64,000 nt of DNA from an uncultured bacterium (GTDB lineage Bacteria; Zhuqueibacterota; QNDG01; CAYUAG01). A program made the translations under genes and the position numbers. Shown piece after piece: positions 18,486-28,768 of the stretch (its first letter is position 1; every line of letters begins with the position of its first letter). The notes beneath the pieces are model-generated. The model did not search any database. It was not told the origin of the DNA and saw nothing but the letters and a program-made list of their open reading frames with translations. Location of the stretch: positions 464 through 64,463 of the forward strand of contig CAYUAG010000001.1 of the NCBI GenBank assembly GCA_964442615.1, in the 5' to 3' direction.

Positions 18486-19334
18486 ATGGCAAAGAAAAAA
18501 GATGATCGAGCCCAACAAACACTTGATCAGTATTTTAAAGAAATTGGTGAAGTATCTTTACTGAAGCCTGAAGAAGAGATTGAACTAACCAAACGTATTA
18601 AGAAAAATGACCAAAAGGCTATGGAAAAATTGGTCCAGGCAAATCTTCGTTTTGTGGTTAGTGTGGCAAAAGAGTATCAACATCAGGGACTTTTTCTGAG
18701 TGATTTAATAAGTGAGGGAAATATTGGTTTGATTAAAGCTGCTAAACGATTTGATGAAACCAGAGGATTTAAATTTATTTCTTATGCAGTTTGGTGGATA
18801 CGTCAATCTATACTACAGTCTCTTGCAGAACATTCAAGAGTTGTAAGACTTCCTTTAAATAAAGTTGGAGTATTAAATAAAATTGGGCGTGTACATGAAA
18901 AGCTGGAAAAAAAATTAGAAAGAAAACCCAATACTCAGGAAGTGGCTGAATTTATGGAAATGAATGGACGTGATGTGTATGAGACTTTAAAAATGTCAGG
19001 CAGACATCTTTCTCTTGAAGCTCCACTTAATGAGGAGGATGGTAACAGATTGGTAGATGTTCTTCAAAACAGTGGACAACCTTTACCTGATGATGTTTTA
19101 AATAGTGATTCATTAAAAATTGAGATAGAAGATGTGTTAAATACTCTTTCTGAAAAAGAGGCAAAAGTCATAAAACTTTATTATGGACTTGAAGGTGAGA
19201 GACCGTTAACTCTGGAAGAGATAGGAGAGGTTTTTAATTTGACCAGGGAGAGGGTCAGACAAATAAAAAAGAAGGCGATTCGCAGGCTTCGACATGCTTC
19301 CCGAAGTCAGTATTTACGAAAATATCTTGATTAA
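18486..19334 (+). CDS. rpoD: RNA polymerase sigma-70 family factor, RpoD/SigA-like (short FCB type)
   Basis: Regions 1.2 to 4 are recognisable: LVQANLRFVVSVAKEY, EGNIGLIKAAKRFD, FISYAVWWIRQSI, LTLEEIGEVFNLTRERVRQIKKKAIRRLR. Confidence 0.8.
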   Translation: MAKKKDDRAQQTLDQYFKEIGEVSLLKPEEEIELTKRIKKNDQKAMEKLVQANLRFVVSVAKEYQHQGLFLSDLISEGNIGLIKAAKRFDETRGFKFISYAVWWIRQSILQSLAEHSRVVRLPLNKVGVLNKIGRVHEKLEKKLERKPNTQEVAEFMEMNGRDVYETLKMSGRHLSLEAPLNEEDGNRLVDVLQNSGQPLPDDVLNSDSLKIEIEDVLNTLSEKEAKVIKLYYGLEGERPLTLEEIGEVFNLTRERVRQIKKKAIRRLRHASRSQYLRKYLD

Positions 19335-19391
19335 TTTTAAATGTATGGATTTAGAGTATAATTCAGTGAAATTAATAAATGAGGTTTACTT

Positions 19392-19430
19392 AAGAAGGTA
19401 ACTTTTTCATAAAAAGTTACCTTCTTTTAA
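19392..19430 (+). terminator. Rho-independent terminator after the sigma factor gene
   Basis: Perfect 16-bp stem aagaaggtaacttttt / aaaaagttaccttctt with a 3-nt loop and a T-rich 3' side. Confidence 0.8.
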
Positions 19431-19606
19431 TAGTATAGATTCATATTTTATCAAAAATAGGGAAAAGATCACAGAACAAGTAGAATAATTCAACAGATGT
19501 TTAGAAAATTTTATATTCAGGGATAGAGCTTAGTGGTTTTTTACGGGTGGAAGTTGAAAAATTTTATGGTTTTATAAAATCGATTTATAAAAAAGCATTA
19601 CAATAA

Positions 19607-21169
19607 ATGAGGAAAAAAATGAAAAGAATACTGTTTTTGATATTGGTTTTACTAGTTTTAGGGAATACAATAGTATTTCCCTGTTCCACTATCATTGTTG
19701 GTAAAAAGGCAAGTATTGATGGCACGGTTCTTTTTGGACATAATGAAGATGACGGTGGAAGAAGGGTGGTAAATGTGTGGAGAGTTCCCAGAATCACCTA
19801 TAAACCTGGAGAGGTGGTTATACTAAAGGGAGGAGCTGAAATTCCTCAGGTGGAACAAACCTGGTCTTTATTATGGTTTCAGGTAAATGATCTCCCTTTT
19901 TCAGATTATTATCTAAATGAATGGGGAGTTGCTGTAGCCAGTGATGCCTGTGCTTCCAGGGAGGATCAAAAAGAATTAACCGATGGTGGTATTGGATTTA
20001 TGCTTAGACGAATTGTAGCAGAAAGGGCAAAATCAGCACGAGAGGGAGTTGAAATTGCAGGAAAATTGCTTGATACTTATGGCTATAATTCCTCAGGAAG
20101 AACCCTGATAATCTGTGATTCTCAGGAAGGATGGATACTTTCAATTGTGGGGGGGAAACATTGGGTTGCTCAGAGAGTGCCGGATGATGGTGTAGTTTTT
20201 GTTCCTAACACCTATATTATAAGAGAAGTTGATTTTGATGATCAAAGAAATTTTATAGTATCCAGTAATGATGTCCGTGATTATGCTATAAAGAGAGGAT
20301 GGTATAATCCCCAGAGTGGAGATTCATTTGATTTTGCCTACTCTTATATGCGAGTCCCTTCTCCTAATGGAAATTTTGTCAAACGCGGTTATGATACTCG
20401 TCAGTGGCGGGCACAGCAATTAATTAGTGGTAAGACAATTTCAATTGAAGAAGCAAAGAAAAGCGGACTTCCTTTTACAGTTAAACCCAAGAAAAGGATG
20501 GCTGTATCAGATATAATGGATATTCTTCGTGACCATAATGAAGGAACAATATACGCACCAGTAACAGAAAAAGTACTATCAGGGATTACAAATCAAATTA
20601 CCGGAGCATTGCCAAATAATTTTGTTGTTAATCCTAATGGGACCAGAGAAAGAACAATATGTACAATCACAACCATACATTCAACAGTTGTTCAGTATAG
20701 AAATAACCTGTTTGAAAATATCGGTTGTGTACTCTGGACATGCTTTGGCCGTCCTGATTTCAATGTGTATGTTCCCTGGTATGGGTGTATTACTGATATT
20801 CCTAAAGAATATTCCAACACTCCAGGAATCGATGATCCTGGCAAAGCATTGAAACACCATTTTAATCCTGTTCCCGGAACCTTTGAATACGATCCTGGTG
20901 CAGCTTTTTGGATTATTAATGATTTAGAGAACTTAGCTGATGCTCACTATTCTGAAGCTTCAGAGATAATAAAACCTGTATTATTGGAATTTGAAAAGTA
21001 TCAATTTCAGATTCAAAAACAGATAGAAAAAATAGCTTTGAACCTCTATAAAAAGAATCAGAAATTAGCAGTTGAGTATTTAACTGAATATACCAAATCC
21101 AGGACTGGTAAATCTTTAAGAATAACAAAAAGACTAACTGATACATTAAAGACGAAATTCTATCATTGA
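19607..21169 (+). CDS. Peptidase family C69 dipeptidase (secreted/periplasmic)
   Basis: Signal peptide, then CSTIIVGKKASIDGTVLFGHNED. An N-terminal nucleophile Cys after the signal cleavage site is typical of C69. Confidence 0.8.
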   Translation: MRKKMKRILFLILVLLVLGNTIVFPCSTIIVGKKASIDGTVLFGHNEDDGGRRVVNVWRVPRITYKPGEVVILKGGAEIPQVEQTWSLLWFQVNDLPFSDYYLNEWGVAVASDACASREDQKELTDGGIGFMLRRIVAERAKSAREGVEIAGKLLDTYGYNSSGRTLIICDSQEGWILSIVGGKHWVAQRVPDDGVVFVPNTYIIREVDFDDQRNFIVSSNDVRDYAIKRGWYNPQSGDSFDFAYSYMRVPSPNGNFVKRGYDTRQWRAQQLISGKTISIEEAKKSGLPFTVKPKKRMAVSDIMDILRDHNEGTIYAPVTEKVLSGITNQITGALPNNFVVNPNGTRERTICTITTIHSTVVQYRNNLFENIGCVLWTCFGRPDFNVYVPWYGCITDIPKEYSNTPGIDDPGKALKHHFNPVPGTFEYDPGAAFWIINDLENLADAHYSEASEIIKPVLLEFEKYQFQIQKQIEKIALNLYKKNQKLAVEYLTEYTKSRTGKSLRITKRLTDTLKTKFYH

Positions 21170-21319
21170 TCAGATTATTATCAGAAATGAATTATATTTT
21201 TAGGATATTGACTAGTTAAGGGCCTTTTTTTATTTTATTCTCCTGAGCCTGATCAAAAAATTAACTAAACTAATTGAGAAACACATTTAGTGTAAACTCA
21301 CTAAAGATATATAATTTTA

Positions 21320-21352
21320 TGGTGTTTTTTTAGTGAAAACACCATTTTTTTT
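21320..21352 (+). terminator. Rho-independent terminator
   Basis: Stem tggtgtttt / aaaacacca with a 7-nt loop, followed by T8. Confidence 0.8.
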
Positions 21353-21453
21353 GGTAACCTCTAAACTTTTTTAATTGAAATCAATTCAAGGAATTGGTAC
21401 ATTTCAGAAAAAAATTTTGATTATTAATTTAGGCAACAAATAAAAAGGTATTA

Positions 21454-22800
21454 ATGTTCTGGAAAAGTAAAGACAGTATTCAGAAAAAGAAAATGTTAAT
21501 TGGATTGATATCACTTGCTTTACCAGTGGTAGTTTCAAATCTGTTTATGATGATTTTTGAGATAGTTGATATGTTCTGGGTGGGGAGATTGGGTAAAAGA
21601 GCAGTTGCAGCACTTAGCACCGGAAGTTTTTTTGTCTGGATGATAAGAGCATTAGCCTTAACTATTGCAATAGGGGCATTGGCAATGGTAGCAAGAAGAA
21701 GTGGAGAGAAAAATAGAAAAGCCTTACTGGAAACAGCTGGATATGCATTGGTGGTTTCTATTTTTTTTACTGTTATCTTACTTCTGATTCTTTTTCCCGT
21801 TTCTTTTCGGGTGTTTTACTGGTTAGGATTGGATACAGATATTGCTCTACTTTCTAAAGAGTATATAATAATTTTCCTGAGTGGTCTTTTTTTTGTTAAT
21901 GTGATGGTAACTAGTGAGCATATTCTGCGAGGTATTGGTAATACCGTAAAACCTATGCTTGTGACTGGTTTTTCCCTTGCTTTAAATATAGTTTTGGATC
22001 CAGTTTTTATTTTTTATTACGACTTGGGATTACCAGGAGCAGCAGTTGCAACAATTTTATCACAATTTATTGGATGCGTTTTAATGCTTGGAATGCTTTT
22101 TAAATATTTTCCCGAGAAAAATTTTTTTAAAATGAAGATTAATAAGAGATTATCAGTAAATTATCTAGTCAAGATGGCTAGAATTGGATTACCAGTTTCT
22201 TTCAGCGGAGCCATGTTTTCAGTAATATACTTAATTCTTACTGGTATTCTGGCTACCTTTGGAAGTGAACCAATTGCTGCCCTGGGTATAGGACATAGAA
22301 TAGAAGCCTTTCCATATTTTTTTGCTCTGGGATTTTCCAGAGCAACGAGTACCATTGTGGGTCAAAATTTAGGTGCAGGTAATCCGGAAAGAGCAAGAGT
22401 TTCAGTATTAGTGTCCCTTCAAGTTGTATCAGCTGTACTACTGATAGTTTCTTTTGGATTCTATTTTTTTTCTCCCCAATTGTATTCAATTTTTATTTCA
22501 AATGCTGAAGTTATCAGTTATGGTGAACAATATTTGAAAATCATAGCTATATTTGAAGTATTTCTGGCATTTGAAGTGATCCTGGAAGGAGCATTTTCTG
22601 GGGCTGGAGATACAAAGCCACCTTTTTTGATTATTTTTACCTTTACTTTTTTGAGGATACCGCTTTCCTATTTACTTGGTATATATTTTAATTTAGGTAC
22701 AGATGGAGTGTGGTTTGTCATTAGTGTTACTACATTTTTAAAAGGGATTTCACTCTACTACTGGTTTAGTAAAAATAGATGGATGAGTAAAAAAGTTTAA
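21454..22800 (+). CDS. MATE family efflux transporter
   Basis: 448 aa and about 12 TM segments, with an N-terminal LALPVVVSNLFMMIFEIVDMFWVGRLG pattern typical of MATE/NorM proteins. Confidence 0.85.
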   Translation: MFWKSKDSIQKKKMLIGLISLALPVVVSNLFMMIFEIVDMFWVGRLGKRAVAALSTGSFFVWMIRALALTIAIGALAMVARRSGEKNRKALLETAGYALVVSIFFTVILLLILFPVSFRVFYWLGLDTDIALLSKEYIIIFLSGLFFVNVMVTSEHILRGIGNTVKPMLVTGFSLALNIVLDPVFIFYYDLGLPGAAVATILSQFIGCVLMLGMLFKYFPEKNFFKMKINKRLSVNYLVKMARIGLPVSFSGAMFSVIYLILTGILATFGSEPIAALGIGHRIEAFPYFFALGFSRATSTIVGQNLGAGNPERARVSVLVSLQVVSAVLLIVSFGFYFFSPQLYSIFISNAEVISYGEQYLKIIAIFEVFLAFEVILEGAFSGAGDTKPPFLIIFTFTFLRIPLSYLLGIYFNLGTDGVWFVISVTTFLKGISLYYWFSKNRWMSKKV

Positions 22801-22814
22801 TTTTTTATTATTTG

Positions 22815-22843
22815 TTGACATATTGAAGAATATTTATTATTAT
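22815..22843 (+). promoter_or_regulatory. Sigma-70-type promoter (TTGACA-N17-TATTAT)
   Basis: TTGACA at 22815..22820, a 17-nt spacer and TATTAT at 22838..22843, about 10 nt upstream of the HDOD gene start. Confidence 0.55.
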
Positions 22844-22852
22844 TTTTATTAA

Positions 22853-23719
22853 ATGACAAAATTGCCACCAATAAAAATTAACCAGGAAACTTTTTTTAAA
22901 AAAAATTTTACTTTACCTCCTCTCCCTTCTGTAGTGAACCGCATGCAAGAGATTATACAATCTGAAGATGTCAATATAAAAGAAGTTTCACGATTATTAA
23001 ATGAGGATCCTGCTTTAGCAGTTCGTGTTTTAAGAGTTTTTAACTCTGATGAGTATACCTTTCCTAAGAGAATTGTGGATATTAGTTTTGCAGTTGCATA
23101 TTTGGGGATCAATGAGGTTTATAGAATCGTTTTACCTTATGCTGTAGTTAAAACTTTGGATATTAAAGATAGAACATCTTTCGATATAATTTGGAAACAT
23201 TCTGTTTATACTGCGTTATGTGTACGATATCTTGCTAAAAAGTATGAACCATTGTTATCTCCGGATATACTATGGTCAGCAGCTCTATTGCATGATATTG
23301 GTAAGTTTGTATATTTAAAGTTTTTTCCAAAGCACTATAAAGCCATTTATAAAATAAAGAGAGAGAAGAGATACTTTTTTTGTGAAGCTGAGGAAGAATT
23401 ATCCTTACCTTCCAGCTCCTATTTTGGAGTTCTTCTTTGTGAACACTGGCAACTTTCTAAGAAAATAAAAATGGTTTGTAAATCACATAGTATTAAGGAG
23501 TTGGTAAAAATAAAAAAAGAAAATTCTGTTCGTGCTTTTATTAAAATTGTGACTCTTGGAAATTTAATGGCTATTCTTGCAAAAAATACCCTTGAGGAGA
23601 GAAACAAGGAGTGTATCGTAAAATTGACATGTAAGGAACTGGATTGTTCCAAATCTGATTTTTTAGTTTTGATGGGTGATATATATGATTTGGAATACAA
23701 GGTAGATATGTTTTTATAA
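22853..23719 (+). CDS. HDOD domain-containing protein
   Basis: LPPLPSVVNRMQEIIQSEDVNIKEVSRLLNEDPALAVRVLRVFNS and AALLHDIGK are typical of HDOD signalling proteins. Confidence 0.8.
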   Translation: MTKLPPIKINQETFFKKNFTLPPLPSVVNRMQEIIQSEDVNIKEVSRLLNEDPALAVRVLRVFNSDEYTFPKRIVDISFAVAYLGINEVYRIVLPYAVVKTLDIKDRTSFDIIWKHSVYTALCVRYLAKKYEPLLSPDILWSAALLHDIGKFVYLKFFPKHYKAIYKIKREKRYFFCEAEEELSLPSSSYFGVLLCEHWQLSKKIKMVCKSHSIKELVKIKKENSVRAFIKIVTLGNLMAILAKNTLEERNKECIVKLTCKELDCSKSDFLVLMGDIYDLEYKVDMFL

Positions 23720-23741
23720 TTTATTTTTTGGAGTGTAAAGA

Positions 23742-24959
23742 ATGGCAAATCTACTTTTAAAAGATTTAAATCAAGTTTATGGGAGTGAGACTAGAGAAGA
23801 AAAGATAAAGTTGAGTATTTTTATTGAGGATGGATTTATTAAGTATATTTTACCTTTTGGTGAAATACTTCTGAAGGTTCATAAAGAAAAAATTCGAAAC
23901 ACCAAAATTATTAACTGTAGTAATATGATCGCATTACCTGGATATGTGGATTCCCATACACATCTGTTATTTTATGGAACAAGGGAGAATGAACTTTACA
24001 TGCGAGCTGAAGGTAGATCTTATTTGGAGATTTTACAAAAGGGAGGAGGGATTTATAATACTGTTGCGGCAGTAAGGGCAGCTTCTGAAGACGAGCTTTT
24101 AAAAAATGGATTGAAATATCTCAATAGAGCATTAATGTCTGGCATAACAACAATTGAAATAAAATCAGGGTATGGACTTGATTATGAAAATGAAAAAAAG
24201 ATGCTGAAGGTAATAAATCAGCTTAATGATCTTCATCCTGTGGATATAATACCAAGTTTTCTTGTGCATTTGGTTCCTAAAGGAGTGGATAGAAAAAAAT
24301 ATATTGATCTTGTTTGTGAAAAGATGATACCAGAGTTTAAACAATATACTGATTGGATTGATATATTTGTTGAAAAAGATGTATTCAATATTAAAGAGAG
24401 TGAAAAGATTTTAAAAAAGGCCTTAAACAGTGGTTATCATGCCTGTCTGCATACCAATCAGATTAGTGATATAGGAGGCGTTAAGCTGGCTACAGAGCTT
24501 GGAGTAAGACATATTGATCATTTAGAGGTATTATCTGCAAGAGATGCTCAAAGAATAATTGATGATGAGAGTCTTTATTCTGTATTCTTACCAGGTGCCG
24601 AGATGTTTGTTTTTTCAGAAAATATTGGTCAGATAAAACAGCTTTTAGAAATTCCTGAGCGTATAGTTCTTTCCACAGATTTTAATCCGGGATCTTCACC
24701 AGTTCTTTCTCCAATATTTATTCAATCTCTGGCACTTCTTAGATACCGTATTGGGAATCCATCCTTACTTGTAGATTTTTTTACTGTTAATCCTGCTAAA
24801 ATGTTGTTTCTGGATGATAGAGGAATATTACAATCTGGCAAACGTGGAGATGTTTTTTGTCTTGAACTGGATAATTTTAGGCAGATTCCATATTTAGGAA
24901 ACATGAAAATAAAAAGTTTGGTTATTAAATCTGGAGAAGCTATAACAGATTTGGTTTGA
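23742..24959 (+). CDS. hutI: Imidazolonepropionase-like amidohydrolase
   Basis: GYVDSHTHLLF metal-binding motif, length and layout (YLEILQKGGGI, HTNQ..., DHLE, STDFNPGSS) match HutI. Confidence 0.8.
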   Translation: MANLLLKDLNQVYGSETREEKIKLSIFIEDGFIKYILPFGEILLKVHKEKIRNTKIINCSNMIALPGYVDSHTHLLFYGTRENELYMRAEGRSYLEILQKGGGIYNTVAAVRAASEDELLKNGLKYLNRALMSGITTIEIKSGYGLDYENEKKMLKVINQLNDLHPVDIIPSFLVHLVPKGVDRKKYIDLVCEKMIPEFKQYTDWIDIFVEKDVFNIKESEKILKKALNSGYHACLHTNQISDIGGVKLATELGVRHIDHLEVLSARDAQRIIDDESLYSVFLPGAEMFVFSENIGQIKQLLEIPERIVLSTDFNPGSSPVLSPIFIQSLALLRYRIGNPSLLVDFFTVNPAKMLFLDDRGILQSGKRGDVFCLELDNFRQIPYLGNMKIKSLVIKSGEAITDLV

Positions 24960-25023
24960 TTGTATTAATAGTTCCATATTAAATTTATAATTGTGAAATT
25001 TGAAAAAAAATTTAAAAAAACAC

Positions 25024-25052
25024 TTGACAAACTCTTAAAAATTATATATACT
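25024..25052 (+). promoter_or_regulatory. Sigma-70-type promoter (TTGACA-N17-TATACT) of the SusC/SusD operon
   Basis: TTGACA at 25024..25029, a 17-nt spacer and TATACT at 25047..25052. This implies a leader of about 340 nt. Confidence 0.65.
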
Positions 25053-25190
25053 ATGTATACTCTAAATTTAATGTAGATAAAATAGTCAGCAATGGATGGA
25101 AATGATAGAAAAATTACTATTATATTCCTGAAATGAAAAGTGATTTGTTTTTAAGGAATGTTTCATATCTTAATAAATTATAATTTTTTA

Positions 25191-25336
25191 ATGATTAAAA
25201 GGAGGTGATAAGATAAAAATATTTATTGTTATTATGCAGGAGGTGATGAAGGGATTTAAGAGTTTTAATGAGTAATTATATGGAAAGGAGGTGAAGTGAT
25301 AAAGATTTTTAGGTTCATATATGTGGTGATCAAAAG
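25191..25336 (+). repeat. Degenerate tandem units in the SusC leader, each carrying a near-full complement of the 16S rRNA 3' tail
   Basis: AAGGAGGTGAT (25199..25209), AGGAGGTGAT (25238..25247), AAGGAGGTGA (25285..25294) and a degenerate GGTGATC (25324..25330). Each unit begins with ATG (25191, 25234, 25280, 25321). Spacing is about 38-47 nt. Confidence 0.7.
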
Positions 25337-25398
25337 AAAAGATTGGAATGGGTATTTTGTTTGAGTTATTTATTATCAAAGAAAAAGGAGTTGAGAAA

Positions 25399-28300
25399 AT
25401 GAAAAAAATAGTAAATATTTTTACAATCATTACATTAGTTTTGACAGCGGGTTGCTTATTTGCTCAGCAGGTTACAATTAGTGGTTCTGTAATAGATGCA
25501 ACAACAGGTGAGCCTCTTTCATTTGCTAATGTATCAGTAGAAGGAAAACAAGTAGGTGCTGCTACAGATGAAGATGGATATTTTGCATTTACTATGTCCT
25601 TGACTGAAGAGGTTAAATTAATAGTAAGTTATATGGGTTATAAAAAGCAGGAGCTTATTTTACAGCCTGGAGATCCGCGTTTGACTACAGATCTTTTATT
25701 TGAACTGGAACCCGATGTAATTGGACTTGAGAAGATAGTAGTTACAGCCTTGGGTATAACCAAAGAAGAGAAAGCCATAGGATATGCCCAGCAATCAATA
25801 GGATCTGATGAATTGACAGAAGTAGGCGAACCAAATATTGTAAGTAATTTATCCGGGAAGGCAGCTGGAGTGCAAGTTATAAATTCTACAGGTACAATAG
25901 GTTCTTCCGCCAGAATACAGATCCGTGGGATTAGTTCATTAACCGGGGATAACCAGCCCTTGTTTGTGGTTGATGGAGTACCTATTGATAATACCTCCAG
26001 AAATATTGGCCCATATGGTCAATCAGTTGATTTCGGAAATGCTGCTGCAGATATAAGTCCTAATGATATCAAAAGCATAAACATATTAAAAGGTGCAAAT
26101 GCTGCTGCTTTGTATGGTAGCAGAGCTCTTAATGGGGTAGTAGAAATTACAACTAAAACTGGAAAAGGTGCTGGTTTAATACAGAAAAGAGGTCTTGGAA
26201 TTTCTTATACTAATCATCTTACTTTCAGGGTGTATAATCCTATATATAAATTTCAGGATAAATACGGACAAGGCTCTTGGTTTGATTTTACCTATGGAGA
26301 CGGTAATGGCGGAGGCTATTATGATAATGTAGATGAAAGCTATGGACCCCCCTTAGACGGATATCGGTCTGATGAGTACCAAGAATTGTATGGTGATCAT
26401 CCTTATATCCAGATTCAGGGACCAGGAGAACCTCTACTTGTTCCCCAATTTGATTCACCACTTCCGGATGGAACTATAGATCCTAGTGTTAACAGTTTAG
26501 AGCGTACACCAACTCCCTGGATATCTCATCCTGACAATGTTAAGAATTTTTTCGAAACCGGATTTTCCCATCAACATAATGTTTCTGTTTACGGAGGAAG
26601 TCGGGGAGCAAATTTCCGTATTTCTTATACCTATCAAGATGATAAGGGAATAATTCCCAATACCGATCGGTTAAGAAATTCAATATATCTAAGTGGTAAT
26701 ATACAGGTAAATCCAAAGCTGTCTATATCAGGTGTAGCGAATTATATAAATACTGCAAGTGATAATCTAAGTGGTAATGGATATTCTACCACTAGTCCCA
26801 TGCAGCAGTTTACCAGCTGGTTTGGTCGCCAGGTAGATCTTTCCTGGCTTAAAGATAATCTTGAATCCCCTGATGGTACTCCCTATAGATGGAATTATTC
26901 ATATCATGATAATCCTTACTGGACTGCGTATAAAAATACAAATTCAATGTACAGGCACCGGATATTTGGTCATATTGATGTAGATTATAAATTTAACGAT
27001 TGGATAAGTTTAACTGCTCGAGGCGGCACCGACGTTTACACAGAAAATAGAAAATATATAAGAGCAAAATTTTCCAATGACTTTCCAGATGGACGATTGA
27101 ATGATAACAATGACGTTACCAGAGAAACTAACTTTGATGTATTTGTAAGAGCAAATCGATCCCTTACTGACGATATTTCTGTAAATGCTCTGGTTGGGGC
27201 AAATTACAGGTCAAATCGTTATACATACCAGCAGACATATGTTGATGGATTGATCATTCCTGACTTATACGCAGTTAGCAATGCCAGTGTAACGCCTACT
27301 ACTGATACATATTTGCAAGAATCAGTACATAATAGTATCTACGGACGCCTTTCTGCTGGATACAAAGATTATCTCTTTCTGGAGGCTACTGGAAGAAATG
27401 ATTGGTCTTCTTGCCTGCCTGAAGATAATAGAACTTATTTTTATCCATCTGTAACTACTTCTTTTCTTTTTTCCGAATTTTTTGATATAGATCCAAAAGA
27501 TTTATTTGGAAAAATAAGAGCAAGCTGGGCAAAAGTAGGTAACACAGCTAATCCATATTCATTAATTACTACCTATTATTCTCAGGAAACGTTTATGGGT
27601 AAAGCAAATTTATCTTATGCCAATACCATGGCCAATGCAGACTTAAAGCCTGAAGAGAAGACCAGTATTGAATTAGGAACTGATTTGAAATTCTATAATA
27701 ATCGTGTTGGTTTATCTTTTACCTGGTATAAAGAAAACACCATAAATCAGATTATGGATGTTTCTGTTTCAGGAGCCAGTGGCTTTACCAGAAAATGGAT
27801 CAATGCTGGAGAAATTCAAAATACAGGTATCGAAATATTATTACATGGCACTCCTTTAGAAAAAGAAAAATTCAGATGGGATATTGATGTTAACTGGGCT
27901 CAAAATAACAATGAAGTAATTAAACTGTATGGAGATGTTAAATCTCTGGAACTCTGGCGGGCTGCCTGGGATCTAAAAGTTCTTGCCCGGGAAGGGGAAC
28001 CATGGGGCCAGTTATATGGATGGCCAACAACAATGCATAAGGGTAAACCAGTTGTTTATTCTACTGGTTATTATGCAGGTTGTGGACAGACAACTGGTAT
28101 TCCAGAAGTGTTGGGTAATGTTATACCGGATTGGACAGGCGGAGTCAGAAATACTTTTCGATATGGGGATTTTTCTCTCAGCGCTCTTATAGATATGAGC
28201 ATGGGTGGAGATGTTTTTAGTATAACTAATAATTTTGGATGGGAAGCAGGAACCTTGATTGAGTCAGTAGAGGGTTATGATTATAAAAATGGAAATAAGA

Positions 28301-28719
28301 CTTATAAAGCCACACCAGTAACTGGTAATGATATGAGAATAGATGGTGTGCTTGTCGATGGGTATAAATTGCAAGACGATGGTTCCTATGTAAAGAATGA
28401 TATTGTTGCTGATTACAGAGCCTGGGCTTGGGCCTTTTGGCCGTCTGTAGGAGGTCATGATTTATCCATATTCGATGCTAGCTGGGTAAAATTGCGCAGT
28501 GTGATTCTATCCTATCGAATTCCTAAAAAATTTGTATCAAGATTTGGCTTAATGGGTGCAACAGTCAGCCTTGAAGGCAGGAATCTGCTTATTCTTTACA
28601 AAAATGTTCCCAATATAGATCCTGAAACATCCTATTCCGCAAGTATTGTACAGGGTATTGAGATGAATCAATTACCAAATACCAGAATATTTGGTATGGG
28701 TCTTAAGCTTGATCTATAA
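25399..28719 (+). CDS. SusC/RagA-family TonB-dependent outer-membrane transporter
   Basis: Start placed at MKKIVNIF (SD AAAGGAG 8 nt upstream). Signal peptide, CarboxypepD_reg-like domain (VTISGSVIDATTGEPLSFANVSVEG), plug (NILKGANAAALYGSRALNGVVEITTK) and a large barrel. Confidence 0.9.
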   Translation: MKKIVNIFTIITLVLTAGCLFAQQVTISGSVIDATTGEPLSFANVSVEGKQVGAATDEDGYFAFTMSLTEEVKLIVSYMGYKKQELILQPGDPRLTTDLLFELEPDVIGLEKIVVTALGITKEEKAIGYAQQSIGSDELTEVGEPNIVSNLSGKAAGVQVINSTGTIGSSARIQIRGISSLTGDNQPLFVVDGVPIDNTSRNIGPYGQSVDFGNAAADISPNDIKSINILKGANAAALYGSRALNGVVEITTKTGKGAGLIQKRGLGISYTNHLTFRVYNPIYKFQDKYGQGSWFDFTYGDGNGGGYYDNVDESYGPPLDGYRSDEYQELYGDHPYIQIQGPGEPLLVPQFDSPLPDGTIDPSVNSLERTPTPWISHPDNVKNFFETGFSHQHNVSVYGGSRGANFRISYTYQDDKGIIPNTDRLRNSIYLSGNIQVNPKLSISGVANYINTASDNLSGNGYSTTSPMQQFTSWFGRQVDLSWLKDNLESPDGTPYRWNYSYHDNPYWTAYKNTNSMYRHRIFGHIDVDYKFNDWISLTARGGTDVYTENRKYIRAKFSNDFPDGRLNDNNDVTRETNFDVFVRANRSLTDDISVNALVGANYRSNRYTYQQTYVDGLIIPDLYAVSNASVTPTTDTYLQESVHNSIYGRLSAGYKDYLFLEATGRNDWSSCLPEDNRTYFYPSVTTSFLFSEFFDIDPKDLFGKIRASWAKVGNTANPYSLITTYYSQETFMGKANLSYANTMANADLKPEEKTSIELGTDLKFYNNRVGLSFTWYKENTINQIMDVSVSGASGFTRKWINAGEIQNTGIEILLHGTPLEKEKFRWDIDVNWAQNNNEVIKLYGDVKSLELWRAAWDLKVLAREGEPWGQLYGWPTTMHKGKPVVYSTGYYAGCGQTTGIPEVLGNVIPDWTGGVRNTFRYGDFSLSALIDMSMGGDVFSITNNFGWEAGTLIESVEGYDYKNGNKTYKATPVTGNDMRIDGVLVDGYKLQDDGSYVKNDIVADYRAWAWAFWPSVGGHDLSIFDASWVKLRSVILSYRIPKKFVSRFGLMGATVSLEGRNLLILYKNVPNIDPETSYSASIVQGIEMNQLPNTRIFGMGLKLDL

Positions 28720-28768
28720 ATGAGTACAATAAAAAAGTATAATCTGAAATAATGAAAGGGAGTAGACA

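Noticed and set aside
25188-25430. 80-aa minus-strand ORF, and the N-terminally extended SusC start at 25348
   Set aside because: The minus-strand ORF is just the reverse complement of the SD-like repeat array. The extension lacks an RBS and a signal peptide, whereas ATG 25399 has AAAGGAG upstream and begins a canonical signal peptide.
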